Below, in pieces: positions 20,044-33,980 of a stretch of 64,000 nucleotides of DNA. The notes beneath the pieces were generated by a model. That model was not told the origin of the DNA. It searched no databases and was given only the letters and a program-made list of their open reading frames with translations. The first letter of the stretch is position 1. Every line of letters begins with the position of its first letter. The position numbers were made by a program, and so were the translations under genes. This DNA is from Mobula hypostoma (Eukaryota), in the NCBI RefSeq assembly GCF_963921235.1, contig NC_086097.1:48982001-49046000 (forward strand). Reading direction: 5' to 3'.

Positions 20044-22754
20044 ATTAGGCACTTGGCAAAGTCCAATGAAATTTAAGTGGTGTGGCCAGTTTTAGAGTGG
20101 AGAATTCAGGCTTTGGTGAAGAGAGGTGAAGGCTGTAGGTATATTTTTTTCCTTTTTATTTCTCTTTCTTATTGCACAGTTACAGCAGTGAAGATGATGG
20201 GCAGGATAGTGGAATGCTCCTTTTGCAGGATGCGGGAAGGCAGGGAGACCCCCAGAGTCCCTGATCACCACACCTGCAAGAAGTGCATCCTTCTAGACCG
20301 TGTGAAGGAATTGGAGTTGCAACTGGATCAACTCCAGATCATTCAGAAGAGAGGGATTGATCAACAGGATAAAACAGGGAGAAGGCTATCACACAAAAGG
20401 TGGAGGACGCAAGTAACTGGGTGACTGTCAGGAGGGGGAAAGGGTTAGGCAACCAGTGCAGAGTACCCTCCCTGGCCATTCCTCTCAACAGCACTTAGGG
20501 GGCAGGGAATGACTTAGCAGAGGAAAGCCACAGCAGTCAGGTCTCTGGCACTCAGCCCTCCTGGCACTGTGGCTCAGAAGGGAAGGGGTGTAAAGAGGCA
20601 AGCTGTAATAAAAGGGGATTCAATGGTTAGAATAACAGACAGGAAGTTATGTGGACAAGAATGAGATTCCCGAATGGTATGTTGCCTCCCAGGTGCCAGG
20701 GACAGGGATATCTCAGATCAGGTCCACAGCATCCTTATGTGGAAGAGTGAGCACCCAGAGGTTGTGATCCACTTTGGTACCAGTGAAAAGGGTAGGAAGG
20801 GTGAAGAGATCCTCCAAAATGAGTTCAGGGAGTTAGGAGTTAAAAGACAAGACCTCCAGGGTTACAATCACAGGATTGCTACCCATGCCACGTGCTAGTG
20901 AGGCCAGGAGTAGGAAGATCATACAGTTTAACACATGGCTAAGGAGATGGTGCAGGAGGAAGGGCTTCAGATTTTTGGATCAATGACCTTTCTTCCAGGG
21001 AAGGTGGAACCTGCAGAGAAGGGACACTTTGCACCTGAACTGGAGAATGACTAATATCCCTGGGGGAAGGCTTGCCGATGCTGCACAGCAGGGTTTAAAC
21101 TAGAGATACAAGGAGATGGGAACCAGAGCACCAGAGCAGACGGTGGAGTTGGTGTGGGAAAGATGTTGTTAAGCCTTTATACAAAATCAGGAATTGAAAA
21201 ATTGAACATGGTAGGACTAATGTTCTGAGTTGTGTAAATTTCAGTGTATTGTAAGAAAAGTGAATGAGTTTAGGGCATGGAAGCACATGGAATTATGACT
21301 TAGTAGCCATTACTGAGACTTGGCTACAGGAGGAGCAGGACTGGCAGCTCAATGTTGTTTTAGATATGATAGAGCAGGAGGATTAAGAAAGAGAGGTGGC
21401 ATTATTAGTCAGGCAGAACATTACGGTAGTACCCAGACAGGGAAGTCTGGAGAATTTTTCCACTGAGGTTACATGGGTGGAGCTGAGTAAGGTAGAAAGG
21501 ATGACCACATTAATCTGATTATATTATAGGCCTCCCAACAGTTCACAGGGTTTAGAGAAGCAACTTTGTAGAGAGATTGCAGACTGTTGTAAGAAACATT
21601 AAGTTTGTAATAGTAGGTGATTTTAACTTTCCACATATTGAATGGAACTAACATACTGTAAAAGGGCTGGATGGGATAGAGTTTGTGTTCAGGAAAGATG
21701 TTCAATCACTACATAGAGGTTCCATCTAGAGAATGTGTGATACCAGATCTCCTATTCGGGGATGAGGCACGCCATGTGACAAGAGTTTCTGTGGGGGAAC
21801 ACTTTTCATCTAGTGATTATATGCCATTAGTTTTATGATAATTATGGAGAAGGATAGATCTGGTCCTAGGATTGAGATTCTAAAATGAAAAAAAGTCCAA
21901 TTTTGATGGTATCAGAAACAATCTGGCAAGTGTAGATTGGAAGAAATTGTTTTCAGGTCAGAGAGTAGTTGGTAGGTACGAAGCCATCAAAAACGAAATT
22001 TTGAGAGTACAAACTTTATACAGTATATTCCTGTCAGAATAAAAGACAAGGATAACAGGTTTAGGGAACCTTGGTTTTTGAGAGACATTGAGGCCCTGGT
22101 TAAAGGAAAGAAGGAGGTGAATAACAGGTATAGACAGGCAGGAACGAGCAAATGAGTAATAGAAGTGCACGAAAACACAAAGAAATGATGAGGGCTTAAA
22201 GAAGGCATGCGTTGCTCTAGCAGACAAGATGAAAGAGAATCCCAAGGGGTTCTAAAGATATATTAAGGGCAAAAGGACAGAAAAGGGACAAAATTGGTCC
22301 TCTGGCAGATCGGTGTGGTCACCTATGCATGGAGTTGAAAGATGTGGGAGATCTTAAATGGATTTTTTGCATCTGTATTTAATCAGAAGACAGGCACAGA
22401 GTCTATAGAAGTGAGACAAAGTAGCAGTGAGGTCATGGACCATATATCAGATGACTGGGGAAGAAGTATTTGCTGTATTGATGAACGTTAGATTGGATAT
22501 ATGCCCGGGGACTGTCAAGTTGTTCCCTCAGACCCTCTGGGAGGCTAGTGGAGCAATTGCAGGAGCCTAGCAGAGATATTTAAAACGTCTTTAGCCAAGG
22601 ATGAGGGGCAGTAGGATTAGAGATAGCTAATGTTATTCTGTTATTTAAGAGAAACTCCAAAAATAAGCCATGAAATTATAGGCCGGTGAGCCTGACATCA
22701 GTTGTGGGTAAGTTATTGGATCATATTCTAAGGGACTGGATATATAAGTACCGT

Positions 22755-23380
22755 TTAAAAATGCAAACATGAGGAAATCTGCAGATGCTGTAATTTCAAG
22801 CAACACACATAAAAGATGCTGGTGAACGCAGCAGGCCAGGCAGCATCTCTAGGAAGAGGTGCAGTTGACGTTTTTGGCCGAGACCCTTCGTCAGGACTAA
22901 CTGAAAGAAGAGCTAGTAAGAGATTTGAAAGTGGGAGGGAGAGGGGGAAGATCCGAAATGATAGGAAAAGACAGGAGGGGGAGGGATGGAGCCAAGAGCT
23001 GGACAGTTGATTGGCAAAAGGGATATGAGAGGATCATGGGACAGGAGGCCTAGGGAGAAAGAAAAGGGAGAGGGGAGGGAAACCCAGAGGATGGGCAAGG
23101 GGTATAGTGAGAGGGACAGAGGGAGAAAAAGGAGAGAGAGAGAAAGAATGTGTGTATATAAATAAATAACGGATGGGGTACGAGGGGGAGGTGGGGCATT
23201 AGCGGAAGTTAGAGAAGTCGATGTTCATGCCATCAGGTTGGAGGCTACCCAGACGGAATATAAGGTGTTGTTCCTCCAACCTGAGTGTGGCTTCATCTTT
23301 ACAGTAGAGGAGGCCGTGGATAGACATATCAGAATGGGAATAGGATGTGGAATTAAAATGTGTGGCCACTGAGAGATCCA
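22755..23380 (-). mobile_element. Penelope-like element 3' part (GIY-YIG endonuclease C-terminus + terminal repeat)
   Basis: ORF 23199-23381 VATHFNSTSYSHSDMSIHGLLYC..LRLEEQHLIFRLGSLQPDGMNIDF. Terminal repeat with a mutated hammerhead at ~22862-22899. Confidence 0.9.
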
Positions 23381-23918
23381 TATACGAGGTTGGTCAAGAA
23401 AGTTCAGTTGCTTGGTATTCAAGATGAGGTAGTAAATTGGATGAGACATTGGCTTTGTGGGAGAAGCCAGAGAGTGGTAGTAGATGGTTGGGTCTATGAC
23501 TGGACGCCTGTGACTAATGGAGTGCCGCAGGGATCGGTGATGTTTCCATTGTTGTTTGTTAACTATTTCAATGATCTGGATGATCATGTGATAAACTGAT
23601 TGGGGGCATAGTGGACAGTGAGGAAGACTATCAAAGCTTGCAGTGCGATCTGGATCAGCTGAAAAACTGGGCTGAAAGATGGCAGATGGAATTTAATGTG
23701 GGCCTGTGTAAAGTGTTGAACTTTGAGAGGATCAACCAGGGTAGGGCTTACACACTGAGTGGCAGGGCACCAAGGATTACAGTAGAACAGAGGAATCTGG
23801 GAATACAGATCTGTAATTCCATGGAAGTGGTGTCACAGGTAGATAGTGTTGTAAAGAAAGCTTTTGGCATATTGGCCTTCATAAATCAAACTATTGATTA
23901 CAGGAGTTAATCAGTAGA

Positions 23919-24485
23919 CAGACATCCCACCTCTCCCGGAAGTTCCGGGAGTCTCCCACATATTAATAGTGGCTCCCTGATGCCCTCAAATTATATACAA
24001 TATCATGGAAATCAATTTTTTGAGGGCAAGAGAGAGAAAGCAAGAGAGAGCGTGAGAGTGACCACGAGTGAGAGCAAGAGCAAGCAAGCGAGAGTGCGCG
24101 AGCGACCATGAGAGAGAGCGAGAGAGAGAGAGAGTGCACCATGGGAGAGTGTTCCAAAAAAAGAAAGTATAAAAAGTATGTCACCACAGATGACCCTAAA
24201 GTGTACCCCTGCCTAATAGGGGTCAAAAATAATGACAGTGTTGCTCGCTGTGCTGTTTGCAACAGTGACTTTTCTATTGCCCATGGTGCATTAAGGCTGT
24301 AAAAGACATGTTGAGGTGAGTTTAACAGGTGTCATTCATTCATTAGTATAGCTAATGTTATTTAAACTAGCTGCTAAGGAGCTACTCTATTGCAGATATC
24401 CCACCACTCCCGGAAGTTCCGGGAGTCTCCCACAAATTGATGGTGCTACCTCCCTGAAATGAGTTTTTGCAGGGTGGGATGTCTG
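23919..24485 (+). mobile_element. Non-autonomous hAT element (TIR cagacatcccacc) with N-terminal zinc-finger remnant
   Basis: Terminal cagacatcccacc / ggtgggatgtctg; internal repeat of the 5' end at ~24393-24432; ARCAVCNSDFSIAHG, then CKRHVE after a frameshift, followed by gtgagt. Confidence 0.8.
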
Positions 24486-24736
24486 CGTTGAAGTTGTACA
24501 AGATGTGGGTGAGGCCTAATTTGAACCATTATGTGCAATTTTGGTTACTGCCCCACATGGAAGATGCCAATAAGATTGCAAGCGTGCAGATAAAACTTAC
24601 ATGGATGTTGGCAGGACTTGAGGACCTGAGTTATAGGAGAAGGCTGAGTAGGTTAGGAATTTTATCCATAGAGCATAGGAAAATGAGGGGCGATATGATA
24701 GAAGTATACAAAATTATGAGTGGTATAAATAGGGTA

Positions 24737-25028
24737 GGACGGCACTGCAGCATAATAGTTGGCACAATGCTTTTGAGTATCAGCGACCGGGTTCAGTTCC
24801 TGCCGCTGCCTGTAAGCAGTTTGTACGTTCACCATGTGACAGAGTAGGTTTCCTCCAGGTGCTCCAGTTTCTTCCCACATTCCAACGATGCACCGGTTGG
24901 TAGGTTAATTTGTCTTTGTTTATTGTCCCATGATTAGGCTATGGTTAAATCAGGGGATTGCTGGGCGGTTTGGCTCAAAGGGCCAGAAAGGCCTACTCCA
25001 CACTGTGTCAATAAATAGAAAATAAAAA
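24737..25028 (+). mobile_element. tRNA-derived V-SINE (HE1-like)
   Basis: tRNA-like head with B box ggttcagttcc (24790-24800), V-domain ggtttcctccaggtgctccagtttcttcccaca, CR1-like 3' end and A-rich tail. Confidence 0.85.
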
Positions 25029-26828
25029 ACGCAAGTAGGCTTTTTCCACTGAGGTTAGGTGGAACTAGAACTAGAGGTCATGGATTGAGGATGAAAAGTG
25101 AAATATTTAAGGACAACATGAGGGGAAATTTCCTCACTCGCAGGGTGCTGAGAATGTGCCAGCAGTATTGGTGGATACAGGTTCAATTTCAATATTTAAG
25201 AGAAATCTGTATAGGTAGATGAATAGGAGAGCTATGGAGGGTTCTGGTCCGAGTCCAAATTGATGGGACTAGGCAGACAAATAGTTCAGCATGGACTAAA
25301 TGGGCCAAAAGGCCTTTTCTCTGCTGTAGTGCTCTAATTGAGCACTTCATATTGTTCAGCTGTTTTAGCAGACAAGTTATTTGATTTAGTGCAGAGGTGA
25401 GTAGAACTGCAATGCTTAATAGATATTAAGACAGGTTCATGGATAGTAATCGTCTACAAGAATATGGGCAACATGCAGGCAAATGTGTCTAATTCAAGTA
25501 GTCACCTTGGTCACCATGGATATATCATGCAGAAGGACATTTCCATTCTGTCTAACTCTATGACTCTTTGACCTTGGATTCTGATTCATATTTCATCCCT
25601 TGGAATCCTCTAACCAAAACTTTTTATTTACCTGCAAACTACACTTCATGCACTTTTCTGTGTCATATTGACATTAAGCCATATATCCTTCCTCACATTC
25701 AATGTTCCTACAGATGTCTAGATCCTCGGTTGATGATTCCACTCATCCTTTAGTTCTATGCCATAGTGCACACATTTGCACAACACTCTTACTGCATTGT
25801 TTGTTCTGACTGCCGCCTTTCCACTTCCACTACTCCAGTCTCACAGCCGTGTCTAGTCCACCAATGAATAATACCAGGGAAAATGAACTAGTACAAGAAA
25901 AAATGCAAAATCTACAGAAGTAATTCATGCCAGTGCCTTGCTTTCTCATTAGATTTTACCATATATTAATATTTAACACCAAGAATGATTGCACGTTAAT
26001 CAGGGCACGATGTCATCCTGAGGTAAGTAGTTAAGTAACTTTCTATATGGATATGTATAATTTTACAGTTGATGGACTGAAAATTTAGTCCTATAATAAT
26101 ACAAGGTTTTTGTAGAATGAAAGCACTATTTATAACGTTCCAGAGACATTTCTCCAAAAATTTGTTGAATCGTAATTTTTATTTTCTGCAAGCAATATAT
26201 GCAAAACTAATCACTAATATTATGATTAATAACCAAGTTCTTTATTCACTGTTTTAAATGTGCCAGTTGGTACATCAGGAGTGCAATTAATTTTAATCGA
26301 CAGCCTTTTGTGGTCATAATGTCTAATCTAAGTTAAGGATGACTTTAAATTTGTATAGTAATTGAAACAGTTCATGAAGGATGATTATTATGTCTCATTA
26401 TTCTTAAGCATTTAAGACTGATTAACCACGTTGAGTCAAAGGATTCAAGCCTTTAAAGCTATTCTCTTGTTCAGTCATACAAATTATACCAATCAGTACA
26501 GCACAGTTGGGAAACACGAACAATCAGGGCATTAATCAAACGCAAAACAAAGAATTGATTTTCACTCTGCTGTTTAAACAGTTGCTATTTTATATTGTAT
26601 CTGCAAAGCATTAAATTCATCTGAAATAGTGTCAAATTAAAATATATACAATAAGCAATGCTTCTAGTATTAAATATTCTCCGTCATATGTTAATGGAGA
26701 AGTTCCAAGTAAAGCTTTTTTAAAAAAATAAACCTTTGTTTCTACGCTCTTGAAGGCAGCAAATGACACTGGAACATTTTTCAATCCATAAGAGCTATTT
26801 TTAAAAAAATAGTTGTGTATTAAGTAGT

Positions 26829-28890
26829 AATCGGAATCAGGATTATTATCACTGTCATATGCTGTAAAATTTGTTGTTATCCTTTGTAAATTACTTATAT
26901 ATAAAATAAAGAAATTGTGCAAAAAGAGAACAAAATAGCGAGGTAGCGTATTCATACGGGTTCATAGACCATTCATAAATCAAATTGCAGAGGCACAGAA
27001 GCCGTTCCTAAACCACTGAGTGTGTGCCTTCAGGCGCCTGTAACTCCTCCCTGATGGTAGTTATGATAAGAGGGCATGTCCTGGATAGTGGGGTTTCTTA
27101 ATGACAGATGCCACCTTTCTGAGACACCACCTTTTGAAGATGTCCTTGATGGTGGGCTGACGAGTCTCCACGATGGAGCTGGCTGAGTTTACAATCCTCC
27201 GCACCTCTTCTCCAATCCTGTGCCGTGGCACCTACTGTATGTACCTACCAAACGGTGAGGCAACCATTCCAAATGCTCTCCACAGTACATCTGGAGAAAT
27301 TTACTACAGTTTTTGGTTACAAACCAAACCTCAAATTCCTAATGAAAAATAGTAGCTGGTGTGCCTTCACAATTGCATCAATATGCCGGGCCTCAGTATA
27401 GACCTTCCGAGATGTTGACACCAGGAAATTGAATCTCCTCACCCTTCCCACAGCCGATCCCTCGACGAGAACTGCTGTGCGCTCTACCAATTTCCCCACA
27501 ATCAATTCCTTGGTGTCACTGACATTGAGTACAAAGTTGTTGTTGCGACACTGCACAATCAGCTCACCCGTATCACTCCTGTCGACCTCTTACAGCAGCG
27601 GTTTAAGTATGTATCCTTGAGGTATGCTTGTGTTGACTGTCAGCGAGGAAGAGTTTGTTGGAAGGATTAACCCTCCATAATAATGACCAGTTAGGCACAG
27701 AAAGAATTTCTATTTACTAACAAGTATCTTTATTGGCTCAGCTGACAAACAAGTGAATTTACACAACCAAATACCTGTATCAGACCTACTAGGTTTTCCT
27801 GACCCTCCATAAACAGTCAAAGAAGAGGAAAGGTGATACTCGGGAAAAGGAGTCAGTGCTGGTCAGGTATTCCTCATGGTCCCAATGTAAACCCCACATG
27901 CTTGACACAAGGTACTCCACATCCACAGTGGTTGGTCTCCAGAGAGCTGATGCTGTCTGTGATCCCAAAATCCTCCATTCTTATTCTTATCCTTATCAGA
28001 TCAATATATGCTGTTTCAATTACATTGCCTCAAAGACACCTGATTGACCTTTGTCAGATTCTCATTGGATGTAGCTCAGGGCTACAACCAGTATTGCTTT
28101 TTGGCCTTTTCCTCTAGCCTCATGACTTAGGCAATTTCCTTTGTTTTGTTCTCAACTCAGACCAGTCTAACAGGTCATGTAAATACTAGGCCAAGAAAAC
28201 CAGATCAAAGGCTGTTCCTTCTGTGAGCCTGCATTTTACAGAATAAATAGCTTATTTTTTGCGAATTTATTTCAAGTTTTATACACCATTAGTAAAAACT
28301 CCTTGTGCCTACGTTGAATTGCTTTGATTAAGTTATTCCGGTGCAAGAATCAACTAGTTCACAAAATGGCGCCTGCAAGGACTGTCTCAGAAAATGGCTG
28401 TCTCTATTCCTGCAATCGTGTGGCAAGAGCAAAGACTTCTGTTTTGTCTGCTTCCTCCAGCCTTGCCTCATTTCTGTTCACTGATTTGTAGATTATAGTC
28501 TTTTCCACAGCAACAAGAGGTTATTTCCGATCTGCACTGACAGTGGCCTCCCGATGAAGAAGTCAAAGATCCAGTTGCAGAGGGAATTACAAAGATCTGG
28601 TTTTGAAGCATTGATTAGTACTGAGGGGATGATGGTGTTGAATGCTGAGCTGTAATCAATAAACAGCAGCCAGACATAGATATTGCTGTTGTCCAGGTGG
28701 TTGAAGACTAAATGGAGATCTGGTGAGATTACATCCACTGTAGACCTGTTGGGTGGTAGGCAATTGTTCAGGTACTTACTCAAGAGTTAACCTCTCAAAA
28801 TACTTCATTACTGTAGATGTGTTTTGCTACTGGGCAATAATAGTTGACACAGCTTCCTACTCTTCTTGGGCAGCAGAATGATTAATGCCC
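26829..28890 (-). mobile_element. Rex1/Babar-like LINE RT and 3' end, split by a solo LTR
   Basis: [25 protein letters not shown] (28493-28783) and CRNNNFVLNVSDTKELIV (27317-27556), with a (gattct)-like tail at ~26829. Confidence 0.85.
27656..28515 (-). mobile_element. Putative solo LTR (860 bp)
   Basis: Termini tgttg...caaca; flanks agagtt / agaggt (6-bp near-TSD); cleanly interrupts the Rex1-like RT; AATAAA on the minus strand near 27730. Confidence 0.7.
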
Positions 28891-29577
28891 TTTAGAAGCA
28901 CTGAAAGCATTGATGTTATATTTCCATTATCTTTCAATCAGCACACTATCACTTGGAAATGGAACTTGAGAGATGAAAATAACCACACTTTGTTTTTTTT
29001 ATTTTTCCTCGTTCTCTTTTATTAACACGTGAGATGCCATTAAGAAACATGGCTGTGGCTATCCCAAAGTTAGTGATAGTAGATGTTCTTACCTGTGTAT
29101 GTAACCCTATAGACATAAGGAAATGCAGGTTTATCCATGGGGATTACTTAAAGGGAGTCTATATGTCTAAGTATAGATTTCCAAGAATGGTGCTAAGAGC
29201 CATCATTTAAAGGGCACTCACAATACAATAAATGGACTACTTTCTAGATTAAATTTTGTAACAAATCAACAATTAAGATCTGAACTATTAGATGCAAAAT
29301 TTATGGGTTTTAAGACAGAAGAGAAATAAGGATGTTTCTGAGGAAGACTGTCATTTTGTGTATTTCATTTGGATAAATTGAATTTGCATTTGCCTCTTCA
29401 ATTATGTTGATCTAATAATACTATGTAATAACTTTAAAAATAGTAGATATCTGATATAGTGATTAATACATTAGAACACATTTCAGGACTTAAGAAACAT
29501 TAAATATATTCATAACACTACTCTTCAATACACACTTCGAAAACAGGGGCCCATTTACATTAGTGCAAAAGACAAAA

Positions 29578-29745
29578 TGTAATATGTTAACATTTAAGAA
29601 TAAATTGGACAGATACATCGATGGGAGGTGTATGGAGGGATATGGTCCGTGTGCAGGTCAGTGGGACTAGGCAGAAAATGGTTCGGCACAACTAAGAAGG
29701 GCCAAAGGGCCTGTTTCTGTGCTGTAGTTTCTATGGTTCTATGGT
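29578..29745 (+). mobile_element. CR1 3' end
   Basis: aacatttaagaataaattggacagatac...gggcctgtttctgtgctgtag(ttctatgg)n. Confidence 0.85.
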
Positions 29746-32700
29746 TAATTATCTTCACCATCCCTCATACTTTTAGCAGTTTATTTCAGTGAAAATCATA
29801 TTTGCATTAGACATCATTACAAAATTATTTGCATTGCTGAAAGAGGTGATTGTCAGAGGTAGGTGGTGTGCATAGAACAACTGATTATACTGCTGTTAGT
29901 ATTTCCTGTTTCTGCTTATCAATGTTGGGCGGAATGAGTACACATAAGTATCTCTGATCCAGCAGAAAATCCTCACAAAATTTTCCTAAAATTTGCTTTG
30001 AGAAGGAACATAATTATTGCCTAATTACTCTTCGTTTGTTCATCATCTGAAAGCAAAAATGTAGTTGTATTCTTTCATTATACTAAATGTCCTGCAGTTA
30101 GGCACTATTCATTGTATTGCCAATTTACATTAAATTGGTTAAAGCAGTATATAAAATGAGGGTTTTGACCATGTGCATTTTCCCCTGCCCAGAAACTCAT
30201 ATTCTACACAGTTTAGGTGCCTGTGCACTGTCAAAATTATGCAATAACCATTTACTTTAAAATATTCTCTTTATATCTTTCATTCTGTTCCACATCAATA
30301 CTCAGCCATAACCTTATAATATTCAGTCAAGAGTGGACAGACATGAGAAAGTCATGGGATTCTATTGGAAATGTAGCACTGTTGGAAGATGCATGGGTCA
30401 TTTAGAAAACTGGAGCGATTTCATTAGTATGTATTGAGGATTGGTTGAAGGTCAAAACAGATTTAGAATAAAAGAAACATTGTACTTTTACAAATTATGT
30501 GGTTGTCATGTGGATGTCACAGGGATCAGTTCTGGATTCTCAACCATGCACAAGTTATGGTATTGATTTGGATGAAAAGACAGTGTAATCTAAACAAAGG
30601 AGTTGTGAGAAGGACATAGGAAACTGTATTTAACCTTCAAGGCTTAAGCAAGCGGGGAGAAGATGGGATAAGATTCCAGGTTACAGTCACTTAACCTTTG
30701 ACTTCTTATCCTAAACTTAAGCAATCTAGATTTGTATATCTGTACATTGGACGAAGGTTTCCTATTACCTGCCCACCCTTTGTCGTACTTTTGTATATGC
30801 CAATCAGGTACCCTCTTAGCCTCCTGACTTCAAAGGTAACAAACCTAATCTGTCTAGTTTTCCTTCACAACAGAATTGTTCCACTCCAGACAACATCCTG
30901 GCAAATTTCCTCTTCACCTTCTCCAGCGCAATCACACCCTAGGGTCTAGTGACAAGAAATGCACCCAGTAATCCAGCTTTGGCTGAACAAATATTATTCC
31001 CAATTAATCCATAACTTTCCTGCACTTATATTCCACATCTACTAATGAAGTAAAGTATCTTGTTTGCCTTCTGCACCACCTAATCTACCCATGCTACCAT
31101 TTTCAGTGATCTTTGCACTTACACACTGAGGCCCCCCTATTTCTCAGTACTCCCAGGGCCCGGTCTTCATTGTCTATGATCTACAGTTATTAGTCCTTGG
31201 TTGTACCTGCAGTTTGTTCAATTAAAAATGTTATGAAGCAGCTTTGATTTTTCTTGTTAGACTGATGGAGGAATCAGGCAAGTTCCTTAATTGCCCCCTT
31301 TTAATCGTGTGGGACATTCTGAATTTATCATTGGTAGATGGCAAGGACTGTATTTTGCTTACATAAGTATATTTTACATTTTAAAAATAAATCCCAGTAT
31401 TATTCAACTACGATAGCTTCTGTTTAAATTGCAAGTGTTGTAATTTGCCACCAAAGTATATTTTTATTTCATCTCTCCTGGATTTCCAATATTAACATGA
31501 AGTAAGCATTTATTATTTGTGCTAACATTCATTGTAATTAAATGGTACTTTGCATTAACTACTTACAGAAATAGAATTCTCTATTGCGAAATGCTATATT
31601 GCCCATTTCCCATTCTAAGTTTGCCACAGGACATAACATTTCCTGTCTCTTCCTCTCTATCTCATACTTGTTTGTGTCTGTGAATAAGAGAAATTACCTC
31701 ACATTGGGAATGCTGAAACAAAAGCAGAGAATACTGAAAACACTCAACATACCAGGCAGCTCCTATGACAAGAGAAATAAGGTTCAGGTTTCTGGTTGAC
31801 AATCTTTCATCATGTTGGCAGAGCTAACATTTATTCACAGAGAGGTTCACCCTATATTTTAAGGCTGACCCATCTGAACTTTAGCTCATTAAATTTATCA
31901 TCATGCATTTCAAGTAAAATTGAAGAAATTCCTCCGGCAAAAAGTGCTAGCAACTTAAAAAATCTCATCAGTCTAACTAGCTCAACAGCATTAAATCATC
32001 CTGGGGAATTAAACACATTATACATCGCCAGACTCTATGTCCAAATTCAATTACATCTCCAATTCTTTAAATAAGACTGAAGTTTTAAGGGGAAAAAAAC
32101 TCTAAGGAAGGCATTAAAATGAATCTGATGGGTAAATTATATCATTCTGAAATATGCTATTTTTGATTTACAAACATAAACTACTTAAACATGCTGGTTT
32201 TAGGATCCTCCCTGACTCTTTCTACAACTGACATCCTCCTGGTTTTGTTTAAAAGCCACTTTGGTTTATTGCTGCTTCTCTCATTCACAGCAGGGAGACC
32301 TTGGGGGAAAGAGTCTTAAAAGTTGCTTAAACGAATGCTTAAAAGTTCAATTAAAAGAGTGCCATTGAAAGTGTGTGGATTATACCTACAAAAATAAATC
32401 AAAATCCCTAGTTGAATTTCTATACTGGCCCTGCTTCATATTGAGATGAGATTTTAGCATTAGCATAATTTTGCATAATTAAAATAATAATGGTAATATA
32501 CCTATGCTCTTTTCACTGCCTTCCTTGTCTTTGAATAGGTGAATAGAGCAGCCAGCTAAAGACATGGGTACAGGCTTCTTTAAATATGGAGGTTGGTTTC
32601 ATATTAGATTTTGAAAGCTTCTCCAGAAATTCTAAACCAAGGCCTAATCTGCAAAGGCCTTCTCCAAAATGGAGATCCTGTTCCGGAAGTGTCTCACAGT

Positions 32701-33384
32701 GATAAGCCATTTCAAATGTTTTCATGTTTCTTTGTAGATCAGAGGAAGCAGAAGTGTCTCCTTGGGCTAGCACAGAACTTCGAGCTTTCCTTGCCTTGGC
32801 AGCTCCTGGCTATCTTGTGATGGTAATGCCTAGATCACCTTCAAGGGAAAGCTTTTGGTGGGACACTGATGCTAAGTGACTGAGGTTTGGAATGGAAATC
32901 TCCCAATACTCACACTGGAATTGGAATTGGTTTATTATTGTCACATATGTTGAGATGTAGTAGATAGACTTTATTTTGGATGCTATCCAGACAGATCATT
33001 CCAAACGCAAGTATGTTGAAGTTGTGGAAAAGCAATAACAGAATGCAGAATCTAGTGTTTCAGTTACAGAGAAAATACAGTAGACAAAATGTACAAGAGC
33101 AATGGCAAGGTGGATTGAGACATCAAGAGTTAACATTTATTGGACAAGACGTCTGTTCAGAAGTCTTATAACAGTGAGATGGAAGCTGTCCTTGAGGCTG
33201 GTGGCATGAGTATCTTCAGCTTGGTGTTTTTTTTTTCATCTCATCTATGTGATTTACATCTGAAATTACAATTCAGACCGTGGAGTTCGAACTTCAGTGA
33301 GGTGATACGTTTAAGTGAAGTGATGCAGAGCCTCAACCTAAAATACCAACCGTTCCTTTCCTTCCACAAGATTTGCTTAGACCA

Positions 33385-33980
33385 TCAGGTCATAAGATAT
33401 ATGAACAAAATTAGGCTATTTGGCCAATTGAGTCTATTCCACCATTCAATCATCGCTAGTTTATTATCCCTCTCAACCTTATTCTTCTGTCTTCTCCCTG
33501 TAACCTTTGATACCCTTTATAATCAATAACCTATCAAACCCCACTTTAAATGTATCCAATGACTTGGCCTCCACAGCCTTCTATGGCACTGAATTCCACA
33601 GATTCACACCCTATGGCTAAAAGAAATTCCTTCTCATCTCTGTTCTAAAGGGCTGTCTTGTATTTTAAGGTTGTTCCCTCTGATCCAAGACTCTCCCACT
33701 ATAGGAAGCATCCTCTCCATGTCCATACTATCTAGGCCTTTCAATATTCAAAAAAGTTTCAGTGCAATTCCTCCACATTCTTGAAAACTGCAGCAAGTAC
33801 AAGACTGGTGCCTCTCATACGTTATCCCTTTCATTCCTGGGATCATTCTCCTGAACATCCTCCAGAGCCTCTCCAACACCAGCACACCCTTTAAGGAGTC
33901 CAAAGCTGCTCACACTTCTCCAATTGTGGTCTGAACAATGCCTTATAAAGTCTTGGCATTGCATCCTTGCTTTTATATTC
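33385..33980 (-). mobile_element. CR1 3' portion, degenerate
   Basis: 3' UTR and ORF2 C-terminal text (gaattccacagattcac, cctttcattcctgggatcattctc, gccttataaag). Confidence 0.8.

Larger units (their letters stand above)
20060..25335 (+). mobile_element. Near full-length degenerate CR1 LINE (ORF1 zinc finger + SGNH esterase; ORF2 APE + RT)
   Basis: VECSFCRM..TCKKCIL..RVKELELQLDQL; GDSMVR; MVCCLPGAR; VAITETWL; GDFNFPHI; YRPVSLTSVVGK; GVPQGSV; WQMEFN; 3' UTR. Interrupted by PLE, hAT and SINE insertions. Confidence 0.9.

Noticed and set aside
24737..24810. tRNA gene
   Set aside because: It is the degenerate tRNA-derived head of a V-SINE, with no intact cloverleaf.
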